Assembly: GCA_036339465.1 (NCBI GenBank)
Contig: JAYZAY010000059.1
Span: 46,471-110,470, forward strand
Reading direction: 5' to 3'
Origin: Myxococcota bacterium
GTDB lineage: Bacteria; Myxococcota; XYA12-FULL-58-9; JABJBS01
Length of the DNA stretch: 64,000 bases
In this document: positions 9,204 through 18,711 of the stretch, in pieces
How positions within the stretch are numbered: position 1 is the first letter of the stretch
Layout: each line of letters begins with the position of its first letter
Notes under the pieces: model-generated
The model's database searches: none
What the model was told of the DNA's origin: nothing
Seen by the model: only the letters and a program-made list of their open reading frames with translations
Made by a program: the position numbers and the translations under genes

Positions 9204-10982
9204 GTGATAAATAGAGATTCAGACTTGCCGGTGAATTCAATGCACGGGCTTTTGCATATTGTCTATATCGGTTTGCTGGGACTTGGGGGCTGGTTTCTGC
9301 TTTTTATGATTCGAGACTTGCTACCGGGGCGATTTGAGCCATGGCAGCAGGGTGGTGAGTTTGTTAGTGTATTGGGCTTGGTTACATGTGCTCGCTTGTT
9401 GGCCTTCCGGTATATGGGCTCGGCGCGCATAGCGTTGGATTCGGTCTTTTATATCGCAATGGTTTTCATTTGGGGGACGTTGGTGGCCGCTTCTCTTGCC
9501 GCTTTAACGCTCACTATTGACGCGATTCTTAGGAACCCTGTGGAGCGCAGAAGTCGTGCGGTGACATATTATCCGCGCCTTCAGCGAGTCGCGGGGATTT
9601 TGTATAAGGGTGGCTTACCGGTTTTGGTGCTTATTTTCATGGGGGCCTTATTCAGTGATGGGTGGATGCTGGGCTCCGACAACGTTTCACTTATCTGGAT
9701 GCTCTTTATTTTCGCGAGCGGTTTTGTTTTTGTTCATTATGTTTTGGTTGGATGGGGGCACTGGTTGGAAGGCGTAGAAACCGAAGCACTTGGTGATTCG
9801 ATACCAAAGCTCATTGGGCAAGAAGTTTTTTTGATGCCTTTAGCTTTGGCCATGGTGTTGGCCTACCGGTACCAAGGACTTGGCTTTTTTCTCTTGTTGG
9901 GGGGCGTCGCTTTGATGATCAATGGGGTGATTCGTCGCCTGGTTATCGTGAGCGAAAAATCAATTCGAAGGGCTTCTGATTTACAAGCGCTCTATGAGGT
10001 TGGGCGATCGATGTCTTCGAGTCTTGAGGAAGATAAAATCGTTCGAAATTTGGCTGCTTCGGTACAAAAGTTGGTGGGTTCTAAATCATACTTTATGCTG
10101 GGGCGACTCTCTCAGGGGCGAGATACGGTTCATTGCGTGGTTTTTGATGGCCGTGGTGATGTGGAAGGAGAGCACTGTTTGCCTGTGGGCCTCAACTTGC
10201 CGACGAGAGTGCTCGAGTCTGGTTCACCGATCTTGATCGACGATCTCAGATACGAATATGTGCGTTTTGTGGGAGGTGGTTCCTATGGAGACGGACGGTT
10301 TTTGTCGTGGCTGGGGGTTCCCATGAAGCTTTACGATGAAGCCATTGGGCTGATGGCTGTGAAGGGTAAGGTGATGGGGGCTTTTACGAAGGCTGATACA
10401 ACGGTGTTGTCGGCGATTGCGGATCAGGCAGCCGTGGCACTCGAAAATGCCCGACTATATGAAATGGCAACCGTAGACGGGCTCACAAAATTGTTTGTAA
10501 GGCGTTATTTTGACCAAAGGCTTCTAGAGGAGTGGCAAAGATCACTTCGGTATGAGGCTTGTTTTTCAGTGCTACTATTTGATCTAGATAATTTTAAGAG
10601 AATGAACGATCAATATGGCCACCAAGTTGGCGATCAGGTTTTACGGATGGCGGCTGGGGTAGTTCGGCAAAATATGAGGAGGATGGATACGGCGGCTCGG
10701 TATGGGGGGGAAGAATTTGCTTGTATTTTGCCGGGAACTCAGGCTGGAGACGCCTTTCAGGTTGGAGAACGTATTTGTGCCGAACTTGCTGCAACTGAGA
10801 TTACCACAAGCGTAGGTACCTTGAACGTTACGGCTTCGATTGGTATCGCGTCTTCGGATTTAGAGGAAATGAGTGAGCCGGATAAGCTGCTGACACTTGC
10901 AGATGTGGCTTTATACGAGGCAAAAAACCGTGGAAAGAACCAAGCTAGGTTGTATTCTAAGAAACTTAACAAGTTTGCTTAA
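9204..10982 (+). CDS. Membrane sensor diguanylate cyclase (multi-TM, GAF, GGDEF)
   Basis: Multiple N-terminal TM segments; GAF (SWLGVPM...AAVALENARLY); DGLT, DLDNFKRMNDQYGH, RRMD I-site and RYGGEEF. Confidence 0.95.
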   Translation: MINRDSDLPVNSMHGLLHIVYIGLLGLGGWFLLFMIRDLLPGRFEPWQQGGEFVSVLGLVTCARLLAFRYMGSARIALDSVFYIAMVFIWGTLVAASLAALTLTIDAILRNPVERRSRAVTYYPRLQRVAGILYKGGLPVLVLIFMGALFSDGWMLGSDNVSLIWMLFIFASGFVFVHYVLVGWGHWLEGVETEALGDSIPKLIGQEVFLMPLALAMVLAYRYQGLGFFLLLGGVALMINGVIRRLVIVSEKSIRRASDLQALYEVGRSMSSSLEEDKIVRNLAASVQKLVGSKSYFMLGRLSQGRDTVHCVVFDGRGDVEGEHCLPVGLNLPTRVLESGSPILIDDLRYEYVRFVGGGSYGDGRFLSWLGVPMKLYDEAIGLMAVKGKVMGAFTKADTTVLSAIADQAAVALENARLYEMATVDGLTKLFVRRYFDQRLLEEWQRSLRYEACFSVLLFDLDNFKRMNDQYGHQVGDQVLRMAAGVVRQNMRRMDTAARYGGEEFACILPGTQAGDAFQVGERICAELAATEITTSVGTLNVTASIGIASSDLEEMSEPDKLLTLADVALYEAKNRGKNQARLYSKKLNKFA

Positions 10983-11027
10983 TCCCTTATTTTGATGTTG
11001 ATGGATATTCGGAAAGTTAGGTGAAAA

Positions 11028-13790
11028 ATGGTAAAGAAATCTGAGGCAACGCCAGAAATTTTGGAGGTGGTTGATACAAAGGCCAATGCATTGGTGAGGT
11101 TGGCTGATCAGCCTCCAGTGGTGATTCCTGCCATTGTCCAGACCGAATTGGTCCCTTTTCCCGGTCCGATGGTACCGATTCTCCTGGACACGAAAATGCG
11201 TCAGCAAGCAGTTCTTCATGCCAAAAGTAATGCGGGCTTTTTCTTGTTGATCAATCGAATTCGAAAAGGTGATGAGTCGGAACACCCTCGGGAATTACTC
11301 GATATTGAAGGAATCGGGCACGGTTCAGAATTGGCGCGTGTAGCGGCAGATTTTGTGGCAGAGGAGGCAGTGCATCCTTCTGATGCGATGGAATTAAAGA
11401 TTGTTGGTGGTGGGGAGGAAGACGACGATGCTTTCGAAGAAGTTGGGGACGAAGAAAAAGAACTAGAAGATGATGATGAATATCCGATCGAAGAACTTTC
11501 AGAGTTGAGTCGAGTGGGAATTCTAGCCAGAGTCCTGAAGGTTTTCAGGCTCCCCGATGGTCGTATGTCGGCGCTTGTGCACCTTCTACGGCGTGCACAG
11601 CCACTTGAGTTGGTCAGAATCCAACCGTTTCCAGTTTTTCGTGTGACTTACCCGACAGAGATAGTCTCCGATGAGGCGTCTTATGAAGCGACCTATCGGC
11701 AGGTTAAATTGACACTGCAATCTTTCTTTGATGCACATAGTGGAATTCCTGAGGAAGTAAAAATTACGGCTTTGTCTATCGAGTCTCCAGGCATTCTCGC
11801 TGATTTTGTAGCCCAGCATTTGTCTCGAGATTTTAGGGAACGGCGAGGATTTTTGGAGGAGCTGGATTTAGCCAATCGTATGCGATTGGCGCTGGAAGTA
11901 TCAATTCGTGAATTAGATATGCTGACGGTTGGCAATCGAATTAGCCAGGAGATTCGTGAGAAGGTCGAAAAGCATCAGCGAGAATTTTTGCTCCGAGAAC
12001 AGCTTAAAGCGATACGAGTCGAGTTGGGAGAAGAAAAGGACCCCACTGCTTTAGCAGTAGAAGAACTTAGAGAAAAACTTGAAGCTGCTGGCTTACCCGA
12101 ACATGCAAGTCATCGAGCAGCAGAAGAGATGAAGCGACTCCAGCTGATTCCTGCTGAGTCTCCCGAGCATAATCTTATTCGCTCTTATTTAGAATGGATT
12201 GCGAGTTTACCCTGGTCAAAGGTCAGTGAGGAGTTGATCGATATCTCTAGAGCAAGAGAGGTCTTGGATGAAGACCATTATGGTTTGAAAGACATTAAAG
12301 AGAGAATTCTTGAATACTTGGCCGTACGAAAATTGAACCCACAAAATAGGGGGACGTTACTGTGTTTTGCCGGACCGCCTGGGGTGGGCAAAACTTCTTT
12401 GGGACAATCCATTGCCCGAGCGCTTGGAAGAGAGTTCTATCGCTTTTCCGTGGGGGGCATGAGGGATGAAGCTGAGATCAAGGGGCATCGGCGGACCTAT
12501 ATTGGAGCAATGCCTGGTCGTTTGATACAGGCTCTTAAACATGTGGGAACGTCTAATCCGGTGGTGATGCTAGATGAGTTAGATAAAATGGGGAGCGATT
12601 GGAGGGGGGATCCATCCAGTGCAATGTTGGAAGTGCTAGACCCTTCGCAAAATGAGAATTTCCTTGATCATTATATCGATCTTACCTTTGATCTAAGTCA
12701 GGTCATGTTTATTGCGACTGCCAACGTGAAGTCCCAAATACCAGGTCCACTTTTAGACCGTCTGGAAGTTATCGATTTGCCTGGATATATTCCAGAAGAG
12801 AAGGTCGAGATTGCCCACCGATATTTACTCAAGCGGCAGCGCAAAGAACACGGCCTCACGAATCGACAAGTTTCGGTTGGAAAGCGTAGTATGAGGCAGT
12901 TGATTGAGCAATATACCCATGAGGCAGGGGTTCGTGAGCTCGATCGTCAAATTGGAAAGCTTTGCCGAAAACGAGCGGTTGAGGTTGTTGGTGGGACCGA
13001 GTTTAAGGCTGGTATTGTACCAGATAGCCTTTCTCAATATCTGGGCCGGCCCAGAGCTTACGATGATCGCTTAAAGCGCAAGGGGAGTCCCGGATTGGTG
13101 ACGGGACTGGCCTGGACTCCAGCTGGTGGTGCGGTTCTTTTCATTGAGGCGGCGCGCATGCCGGGTAAAGGAGTCCTAAAAACGACAGGTAAGCTTGGGG
13201 AAGTGATGACCGAATCGACTAAGATTGCCTTGTCTTATGTTAAGAACCAAGCTGAGGAATTGGGCTTGCCATTGGAGTTTTTCCAGAAAAGCGATATTCA
13301 TGTTCACTTTCCTGCCGGAGCGGTTCCCAAGGATGGGCCATCAGCGGGTATCACAATTACGACAGCGTTGCTTTCATTGCTTACCGAAACACCAGTGGCG
13401 CCGCGGCTTGCGATGACTGGGGAAATCTCGCTGGGAGGTGAGGTTCTGCCTGTGGGGGGGATCCGAGAGAAAGTTGTGGCAGCACGTGCGGAAGGTATCA
13501 ATACGGTGATTCTGCCTTTGGCAAACGAAGTCGATGTTGAGGAAATTCCCATTGAAGTTTCTCGAAAGCTCACGTTTGTTTTTGTTTCTAACTATCAAGA
13601 TGTCATGGAAGTTGCTTTTCCACAGGGATTACACTTACCTGTCCGGGCGTCAGAGGGTAGTTGTGAAACCAAAACAGCACAGAAGAAACCAAGCACTAGA
13701 CGAGTCTCGAAAAAAGTACCCACGAAAAAGAAAGTACAGACTAAACGCAAAGCTGGTTCTCGGCGGCGTGCAGCATCTTCCAAAACTTAA
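11028..13790 (+). CDS. lon: ATP-dependent protease La (Lon)
   Basis: GPPGVGKTS Walker A, LDELDK Walker B, HRRTYIGAMPG, catalytic KDGPSAG and GGIREK. Confidence 0.98.
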   Translation: MVKKSEATPEILEVVDTKANALVRLADQPPVVIPAIVQTELVPFPGPMVPILLDTKMRQQAVLHAKSNAGFFLLINRIRKGDESEHPRELLDIEGIGHGSELARVAADFVAEEAVHPSDAMELKIVGGGEEDDDAFEEVGDEEKELEDDDEYPIEELSELSRVGILARVLKVFRLPDGRMSALVHLLRRAQPLELVRIQPFPVFRVTYPTEIVSDEASYEATYRQVKLTLQSFFDAHSGIPEEVKITALSIESPGILADFVAQHLSRDFRERRGFLEELDLANRMRLALEVSIRELDMLTVGNRISQEIREKVEKHQREFLLREQLKAIRVELGEEKDPTALAVEELREKLEAAGLPEHASHRAAEEMKRLQLIPAESPEHNLIRSYLEWIASLPWSKVSEELIDISRAREVLDEDHYGLKDIKERILEYLAVRKLNPQNRGTLLCFAGPPGVGKTSLGQSIARALGREFYRFSVGGMRDEAEIKGHRRTYIGAMPGRLIQALKHVGTSNPVVMLDELDKMGSDWRGDPSSAMLEVLDPSQNENFLDHYIDLTFDLSQVMFIATANVKSQIPGPLLDRLEVIDLPGYIPEEKVEIAHRYLLKRQRKEHGLTNRQVSVGKRSMRQLIEQYTHEAGVRELDRQIGKLCRKRAVEVVGGTEFKAGIVPDSLSQYLGRPRAYDDRLKRKGSPGLVTGLAWTPAGGAVLFIEAARMPGKGVLKTTGKLGEVMTESTKIALSYVKNQAEELGLPLEFFQKSDIHVHFPAGAVPKDGPSAGITITTALLSLLTETPVAPRLAMTGEISLGGEVLPVGGIREKVVAARAEGINTVILPLANEVDVEEIPIEVSRKLTFVFVSNYQDVMEVAFPQGLHLPVRASEGSCETKTAQKKPSTRRVSKKVPTKKKVQTKRKAGSRRRAASSKT

Positions 13791-14456
13791 GTGATGTTAA
13801 GATATTGCTCTTCGGTCAATGCAGGTACGTTTGTAATTTTCTGCCTCATATTATTTTTTCCGGGTGCCGTGTTGGCTAAGGCCGTGGAGCAGCTAAAGAT
13901 TGCGCCGTCATTTACATTGAAACTCATCTCACCGGATTCTCGTTCTACCTTGGTCTCTTTGGAGAAAGATATTTCATTGGGGACTGAACCTAGTCTTGGT
14001 TACGAAGGTGATACAATTCTCATCTTATTGGGAAAAATGGATGTTACTTGGGATAGGGAGTTTGCGTTTTGGAGCGCCCTAAAACGGTCTTTTGCGGGAG
14101 CTTCTATTCGAATTATTTGTGTTTTGTTGGGGCCAAACCCACAGGGTTTGAGATGGCTTCAACAACATCGGAAAACCTTAGAAGATTACCCGCTTCAATT
14201 GCTGTATGACCGTTATGGACTGGTTCGTTCTCGATACCATCTGGATGGCCGAAACTTTGCGCTTTTTATTGTAAACAATGCCAGGAGAATTCTCTGGTCT
14301 AAGTTTGAATTTTCTGATCAGACCCGAATGGAATTTATCGAGCATTTGGGTTATCGATTGGGGCGTCCCATTGTAGGAAGAACTCCCGCTCCTTTGGTTG
14401 CTTGGTTCAAGAATGAAATGGAGGACCAAGGCATCAAGGTTCTTCCATCACAGTGA
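13791..14456 (+). CDS. Exported thioredoxin-fold (redoxin-like) protein lacking CxxC
   Basis: Signal-like N-terminus; APSFTL...ILILLG...LLYDRYGLVRSRY...LFIVNNARRILW follows the redoxin/TlpA pattern, but no CxxC is present. Confidence 0.55.
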   Translation: MMLRYCSSVNAGTFVIFCLILFFPGAVLAKAVEQLKIAPSFTLKLISPDSRSTLVSLEKDISLGTEPSLGYEGDTILILLGKMDVTWDREFAFWSALKRSFAGASIRIICVLLGPNPQGLRWLQQHRKTLEDYPLQLLYDRYGLVRSRYHLDGRNFALFIVNNARRILWSKFEFSDQTRMEFIEHLGYRLGRPIVGRTPAPLVAWFKNEMEDQGIKVLPSQ

Positions 14457-15894
14457 TCCTTCTTTTTTTGAAATCAATTGTTACTTTGTGAGGGTTGGCT
14501 GTTAATATCTCAACCTCGCTGGATAGGGTGCGCAATTTCGGATGCGATGCCTCGATATGGTGTTTTCCTTTTTCTAGATGAAGGGGAAGGAATGTTGGAG
14601 CTGTTCCTATGGCTCTTCCGTCGACGAACACATTGGTATGAGCTGGAGCATTTAAAGTTGTGGCGGTTTTCGTGGGGACCAGGGTGGGTATGGCAAGGCT
14701 CGAAGACGGGGATTGGTTGAGCCATATTCCCGACGCCAAAGCCACGAGTGCAATGAAAGCAATTAGAAATAGGCTTTTAAACGCAAAATTTCTTTCCAAT
14801 GGGGCTTCGATATCATGGATGTTTTCCAACCGAGTTTGGAAGCCTTGGCTAAATGCCACCGCATCGGGGTCATCGGGAGCCAGTGCTCTTAATTGATTTC
14901 TGATTGCATCCACCCCAATGAGTTCTCCTTGAGCCAATTTATTGCGAAGTAGGATTTTTGTGGATGCGATTCTTTTGTAACGGTCGTTGTCTTTAAAGCG
15001 GTGGGGATTTTCAACAAATTGTTCCAGGAGTGGTCCCCAATCTGGGTAGTCTAATTTGGAAAGCTGTATTCGGAGTGTCTCGTGAATTGTGCTCATTGAG
15101 GATGGTCGCATACTTTCGTTGTATGAGAGACAATCCTGAATCAATTTCGAAAATTCATGGGAGAATTCGGGACGGTATTCAGTGATTGGTACGGGACGGG
15201 TTTCCCTCATTGCTTGCATAAGGGCGTAGGGACTGGTGCCGGGGTATGCCAGTTTACCGGTTGAGATGAAATAGAGGAGGGCCCCCAGCGCAAAGATGTC
15301 TGTTTGTGCAGAGAGTTGAGCCTGGCGGAGTTGCTCTGGGGCCATGAAGCCGGGTGTACCTACTATTTCTGTGGGGGTAGCCGCGTCTTGTCCCATGAAG
15401 CCGTTGGCCTTGAAGCCTTTGGCAATTCCAAAATCGGCGAGAACGACGCGTTGACCGCTGATAAAAACATTTTCGGGCTTTAGATCTCGATGGACGATCC
15501 CAGCCACGTGTGCATGGGTGAGGGCTGAACTCAAACTTAATCCGATGATGGCAATGGTTGTTTCCGGAAAAATTGGGATATCCCGGTGCAGGTCCCCAAT
15601 ATTTTTCCCTTCTAAGTATTCCATGACCAAGTAGTGGTGGTTTTCATTGGTGGTTCCGTGGTCAATACATTGAACGATATTGGGGTGTTCGAGGAGGGAA
15701 ATGGCTTGGATTTCTCGTTGAAACCTGAAGTTGGCCCGTGTATCTTGCAGATGGCTTGGTTGAAAAACTTTGATGGCCACTTTGCGCTGAAGCTTTTCGT
15801 GGCGCCCCAGATAGACAAGCCCCGAGGAACCTCTGCCTAGACCGGATTCAACGATGTATTCTCCAAATTTCTTGATGGTAGGTAGTTTCGACAC
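14434..15894 (-). CDS. Hanks-type Ser/Thr protein kinase with TM helix and C-terminal PEGA-like domain
   Basis: GRGSSG, VAIK, HRDLKPEN, DFG and GTPGFMAPE motifs; TM SLFLIAFIALVALASGIWL; PEGA-like VFVDGRAIGTAP...LEKGKHHIE. Confidence 0.95.
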   Translation of the reverse strand: MSKLPTIKKFGEYIVESGLGRGSSGLVYLGRHEKLQRKVAIKVFQPSHLQDTRANFRFQREIQAISLLEHPNIVQCIDHGTTNENHHYLVMEYLEGKNIGDLHRDIPIFPETTIAIIGLSLSSALTHAHVAGIVHRDLKPENVFISGQRVVLADFGIAKGFKANGFMGQDAATPTEIVGTPGFMAPEQLRQAQLSAQTDIFALGALLYFISTGKLAYPGTSPYALMQAMRETRPVPITEYRPEFSHEFSKLIQDCLSYNESMRPSSMSTIHETLRIQLSKLDYPDWGPLLEQFVENPHRFKDNDRYKRIASTKILLRNKLAQGELIGVDAIRNQLRALAPDDPDAVAFSQGFQTRLENIHDIEAPLERNFAFKSLFLIAFIALVALASGIWLNQSPSSSLAIPTLVPTKTATTLNAPAHTNVFVDGRAIGTAPTFLPLHLEKGKHHIEASHPKLRTLSSEVEILTANPHKVTIDFKKRRITVMEEP

Positions 15895-15908
15895 TGAGCT
15901 ACTTTGAG

Positions 15909-16214
15909 TTATTTCGTTGTTTGAGGCAATGACGCTGATTTTAGGTCGAGGACGATTTCGCCCCGGTTTACGAGCTGAAGATGGTCTCGGATAATCCGTT
16001 TCTGGACATTGGGTCTCGATTTAAAGGCCTTAATATCTTTTTCTAGCGCGTCTACTTCGAGTACCAAGTTTGATAAATATTCTTCCTTTTCGTGAACAAC
16101 TTTCCTGAGGGTTCTGTGTTTTTCTAGGCCATCTGGTCGCACAAGGGAGTTGCCGATCCAATAAGAGCCCAATGCGATGCACGCCATGATGTAGATGGAG
16201 CGAAGAAAAGACAT
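15909..16214 (-). CDS. ftsB: Septum formation initiator (FtsB/DivIC family)
   Basis: Single TM, DG motif, coiled coil, C-terminal RIIRDHLQLVNRGEIV. ATG 16214 preferred. Confidence 0.75.
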   Translation of the reverse strand: MSFLRSIYIMACIALGSYWIGNSLVRPDGLEKHRTLRKVVHEKEEYLSNLVLEVDALEKDIKAFKSRPNVQKRIIRDHLQLVNRGEIVLDLKSASLPQTTK

Positions 16215-16344
16215 GATTGGTAGGATAGAATTTTCAATTTGCAAGAGCAAGAAAGTGTCGCCTTGCTTGTATGATTTCCTGAGAATTAATTGAAGTAAGA
16301 GAGCGAGCTAAATGGTGGGCCGATCGGACTTGGCTTAGAATTGT

Positions 16345-16746
16345 TTAGTCTGTGGCAATGGCAAGGCTTTGAAACCCTATTTCCTTTGCCAAATCCATAA
16401 TTGAAACCACGATACCATGTTGGGCTGTAGAGTCGGCTTCGATAATAAACACTTGTTCAATTTTTTCCTTATAGAGCCCACTTAATTTCTTTTGGAGCTC
16501 ATTTTTTGACAAAGCCTCGCCTTCATAAACCATTCTACCCTCGGCTGTTACTGTCACCACAATTTGATGGTTGGTTCCAGTGGGGTTTGACTGATTCGCT
16601 CGCGGCAACTCCACTTTGATTCCAGAGTCTTGCACAAAAGTAGAGGTAATAAGGAAGAAAATCAGCAGGATGAAAACAATATCGATTAAGGGGGTAAGGT
16701 TGATTTCCGCATCTCTTTTACGGATTGCGCGTATCGAGAAGTTCAT
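16345..16746 (-). CDS. exbD: ExbD/TolR family biopolymer transport protein
   Basis: INLTPLIDIVFILLIFF and ADSTAQHGIVVSIMD; ATGA overlap with the upstream exbB stop. Confidence 0.93.
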   Translation of the reverse strand: MNFSIRAIRKRDAEINLTPLIDIVFILLIFFLITSTFVQDSGIKVELPRANQSNPTGTNHQIVVTVTAEGRMVYEGEALSKNELQKKLSGLYKEKIEQVFIIEADSTAQHGIVVSIMDLAKEIGFQSLAIATD

Positions 16747-17351
16747 GGGTGGGCGCATACCTTGTCGATCAGTTTAAGGGCTCGCTCCTCCATCTCCAAC
16801 AGAAGAAGATCTACGCGACCTTGGAGATATTTGTAGAAGATGTAAGCGGGTATTGCGACACTGATTCCTACGGCAGTTGTAATGAGCGCCTGCCAAATAC
16901 CGCTGGCGAAGAGAGATGGGTCACCGAGCCCATTGACCTCGACTTGCTGAAAAACACTCATCATTCCAATAACTGTTCCAAGAAGGCCAAGCAGTGGCGT
17001 GATGGCAGCACAGGTCCCCAGTATTTCGATATATTTTTCCAGTTGAGCTGCTTCGTATTTGCCTGTTTCTTCTACCAGCTCTTTGATTTCAGCCCGTTGT
17101 AGGGATTTTTGGCTCAGGGCAGCGGAGAAGACGTTGGCCATGGGGTTTGAGCTTTCCTGGCAGAGTAGGAGAGCATCCGATACCCGACCATCTACAATGA
17201 GGCTCTCAATACGTTTGGTAAAAGTTTCCGGGATAATCCGGGACTTCTGCAAGTGCCAGAGGCGTTCGATGAATACAGCGACAGTGACAAGGGAGCACAG
17301 GCCGATCGGATAGATCAGAACGCCCCCCCTCGTTAATAGATCCCACAACAT
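16743..17351 (-). CDS. exbB: MotA/TolQ/ExbB proton channel protein
   Basis: TPLLGLLGTVIGM and GIWQALITTAVG; ATG 17351 with GAGGT SD. Confidence 0.93.
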   Translation of the reverse strand: MLWDLLTRGGVLIYPIGLCSLVTVAVFIERLWHLQKSRIIPETFTKRIESLIVDGRVSDALLLCQESSNPMANVFSAALSQKSLQRAEIKELVEETGKYEAAQLEKYIEILGTCAAITPLLGLLGTVIGMMSVFQQVEVNGLGDPSLFASGIWQALITTAVGISVAIPAYIFYKYLQGRVDLLLLEMEERALKLIDKVCAHP

Positions 17352-17601
17352 AGTACGTACCTCGTGTGATACTGTGTACCCAATAATCATACCTGCTCAC
17401 AACTCTTTCTGCTTATTTTCTCCCGAAGACTGAGTCTTCTGGCTTTTCGACTCCGATTACCGGTTCTTTTGGGGCTCAAGGCTGCCCCTTTTTTTGTTGG
17501 TGTGTGGGTAATTGTCTGCATGTATTTGTCCATGCAAAACCTCATCTCTTGATGCATTGCGTCTTATAAGTGCTTGAAACGGGAGATTTTTATTTTTTAA
17601 G

Positions 17602-17631
17602 TTGACAGTTTTGAGTTGGGAGACGTAACAT
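17602..17631 (+). promoter_or_regulatory. Putative sigma70 promoter of the MshEN-repeat gene
   Basis: TTGACA, 18-nt spacer, TAACAT, with an AT-rich tract immediately upstream. Confidence 0.5.
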
Positions 17632-17675
17632 TCTAGGTGGGGAACGTTTGCAATAAATAGGGTGCTGAGGTCAGA

Positions 17676-18080
17676 ATGAGTCATGAGTCATTCGATAGGT
17701 ATTTGGCTTCCAGATTTCACTTTGGTGAAGGTGTCATGGAGCAGGCCGCGGAGCGGCAAAACGAATACTCTCGAATTTTGATTGGCGCCATATTGTTGGA
17801 AATTGGCATGGTAACCCAAAGGGATCTCGATAGGGCCCTTGAGATCCAAATCAGGGAGGTTTGTCAGGCGGTGGTTGCTCGCCCCCGTCGTTTAGGAGAA
17901 TTACTCATTGAGCAGGAGGTTGTTTTAGAAGAACAGTTGCAACGAGCGTTAGCAATCCAACGCCGTCGACGGCACATGGGATTGAGTGACATATTGGTTG
18001 AAATGGGAGCTCTCTCGCAGGAGAACTTGGATGAAGCAAAAGCCCAGTGGAACCAAGGTGGAGTCAGTTCAGTCGCATAG
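17676..18080 (+). CDS. Stand-alone MshEN-repeat protein (candidate c-di-GMP receptor)
   Basis: Three repeats of the RLGxxLxxxGxVxxxxLxxALxxQ pattern: LIGAILLEIGMVTQRDLDRALEIQ, RLGELLIEQEVVLEEQLQRALAIQ and GLSDILVEMGALSQENLDEA. Confidence 0.8.
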   Translation: MSHESFDRYLASRFHFGEGVMEQAAERQNEYSRILIGAILLEIGMVTQRDLDRALEIQIREVCQAVVARPRRLGELLIEQEVVLEEQLQRALAIQRRRRHMGLSDILVEMGALSQENLDEAKAQWNQGGVSSVA

Positions 18081-18548
18081 ATCGTGAGGCGAAATAGTTG
18101 TTTGACGAAGTGCTTCGTACGTTGCAACGCCGACGCTTGTAGAGAGGTTTAGAGAACGTAGTTGTTTATTGTATCGTGGGATGGTGACGCATTTTGCGTC
18201 ACCAATCCTTACGTGCAACCATTCGGGAGTTCCTGTTGTTTCTTTCCCAAAAAGAAGCCCATCGCCGCTTTTATAGGATACGTCCCAGTAGGATTTTTCT
18301 GTCTTTGTTGTGAAAAGCCATAGCCTGTCTGGCTTGTGCTCACTCTTTTCGAAGTTCTCCCAGGATTCGTGTTCGTGCACGTCTAGGGAATACCAGTAGT
18401 CCATACCGCTTCGACGGATCTGTTTGTCGTTGATTTGAAATCCCAGAGGATGGATCAAATGCAGGCGGCATTGGGTGACTGCGCACAGTCTACCAATATT
18501 GCCTGTATTTTGTGGAATGTCGGGTTGAAAGAGGACGATATGGATCAA
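18069..18548 (-). CDS. trmL: tRNA (cytidine/uridine-34 2'-O)-methyltransferase (SPOUT)
   Basis: PDIPQNTGNIGRLCA, HLIHPLGF, RSGMDYW, LFGKET, RSLNLS. Confidence 0.96.
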   Translation of the reverse strand: MIHIVLFQPDIPQNTGNIGRLCAVTQCRLHLIHPLGFQINDKQIRRSGMDYWYSLDVHEHESWENFEKSEHKPDRLWLFTTKTEKSYWDVSYKSGDGLLFGKETTGTPEWLHVRIGDAKCVTIPRYNKQLRSLNLSTSVGVATYEALRQTTISPHDLCD

Positions 18549-18588
18549 GTGGGCTCCTTTATCTCAAGCCGCCATAGTTGAGTGATAC

Positions 18589-18636
18589 AAGGATCGTCAA
18601 GCATCTCATTTGAAGGATCGTCAAGCATCTCATTTG
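18589..18636. repeat. Perfect 24-bp tandem duplication
   Basis: AAGGATCGTCAAGCATCTCATTTG at 18589-18612 and 18613-18636, in the divergent trmL/ALDH intergenic region. Confidence 0.95.
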
Positions 18637-18711
18637 GACAGGGGCTGAGGGGTTGACCTCCCCTAAACTCCCCGGCATTGGGCTCCCAACATTTACTCTG
18701 AGGTGAGAATT

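Noticed and set aside
18589..18636. Possible CRISPR repeat
   Set aside because: Only two adjacent copies, no spacer and no cas genes.
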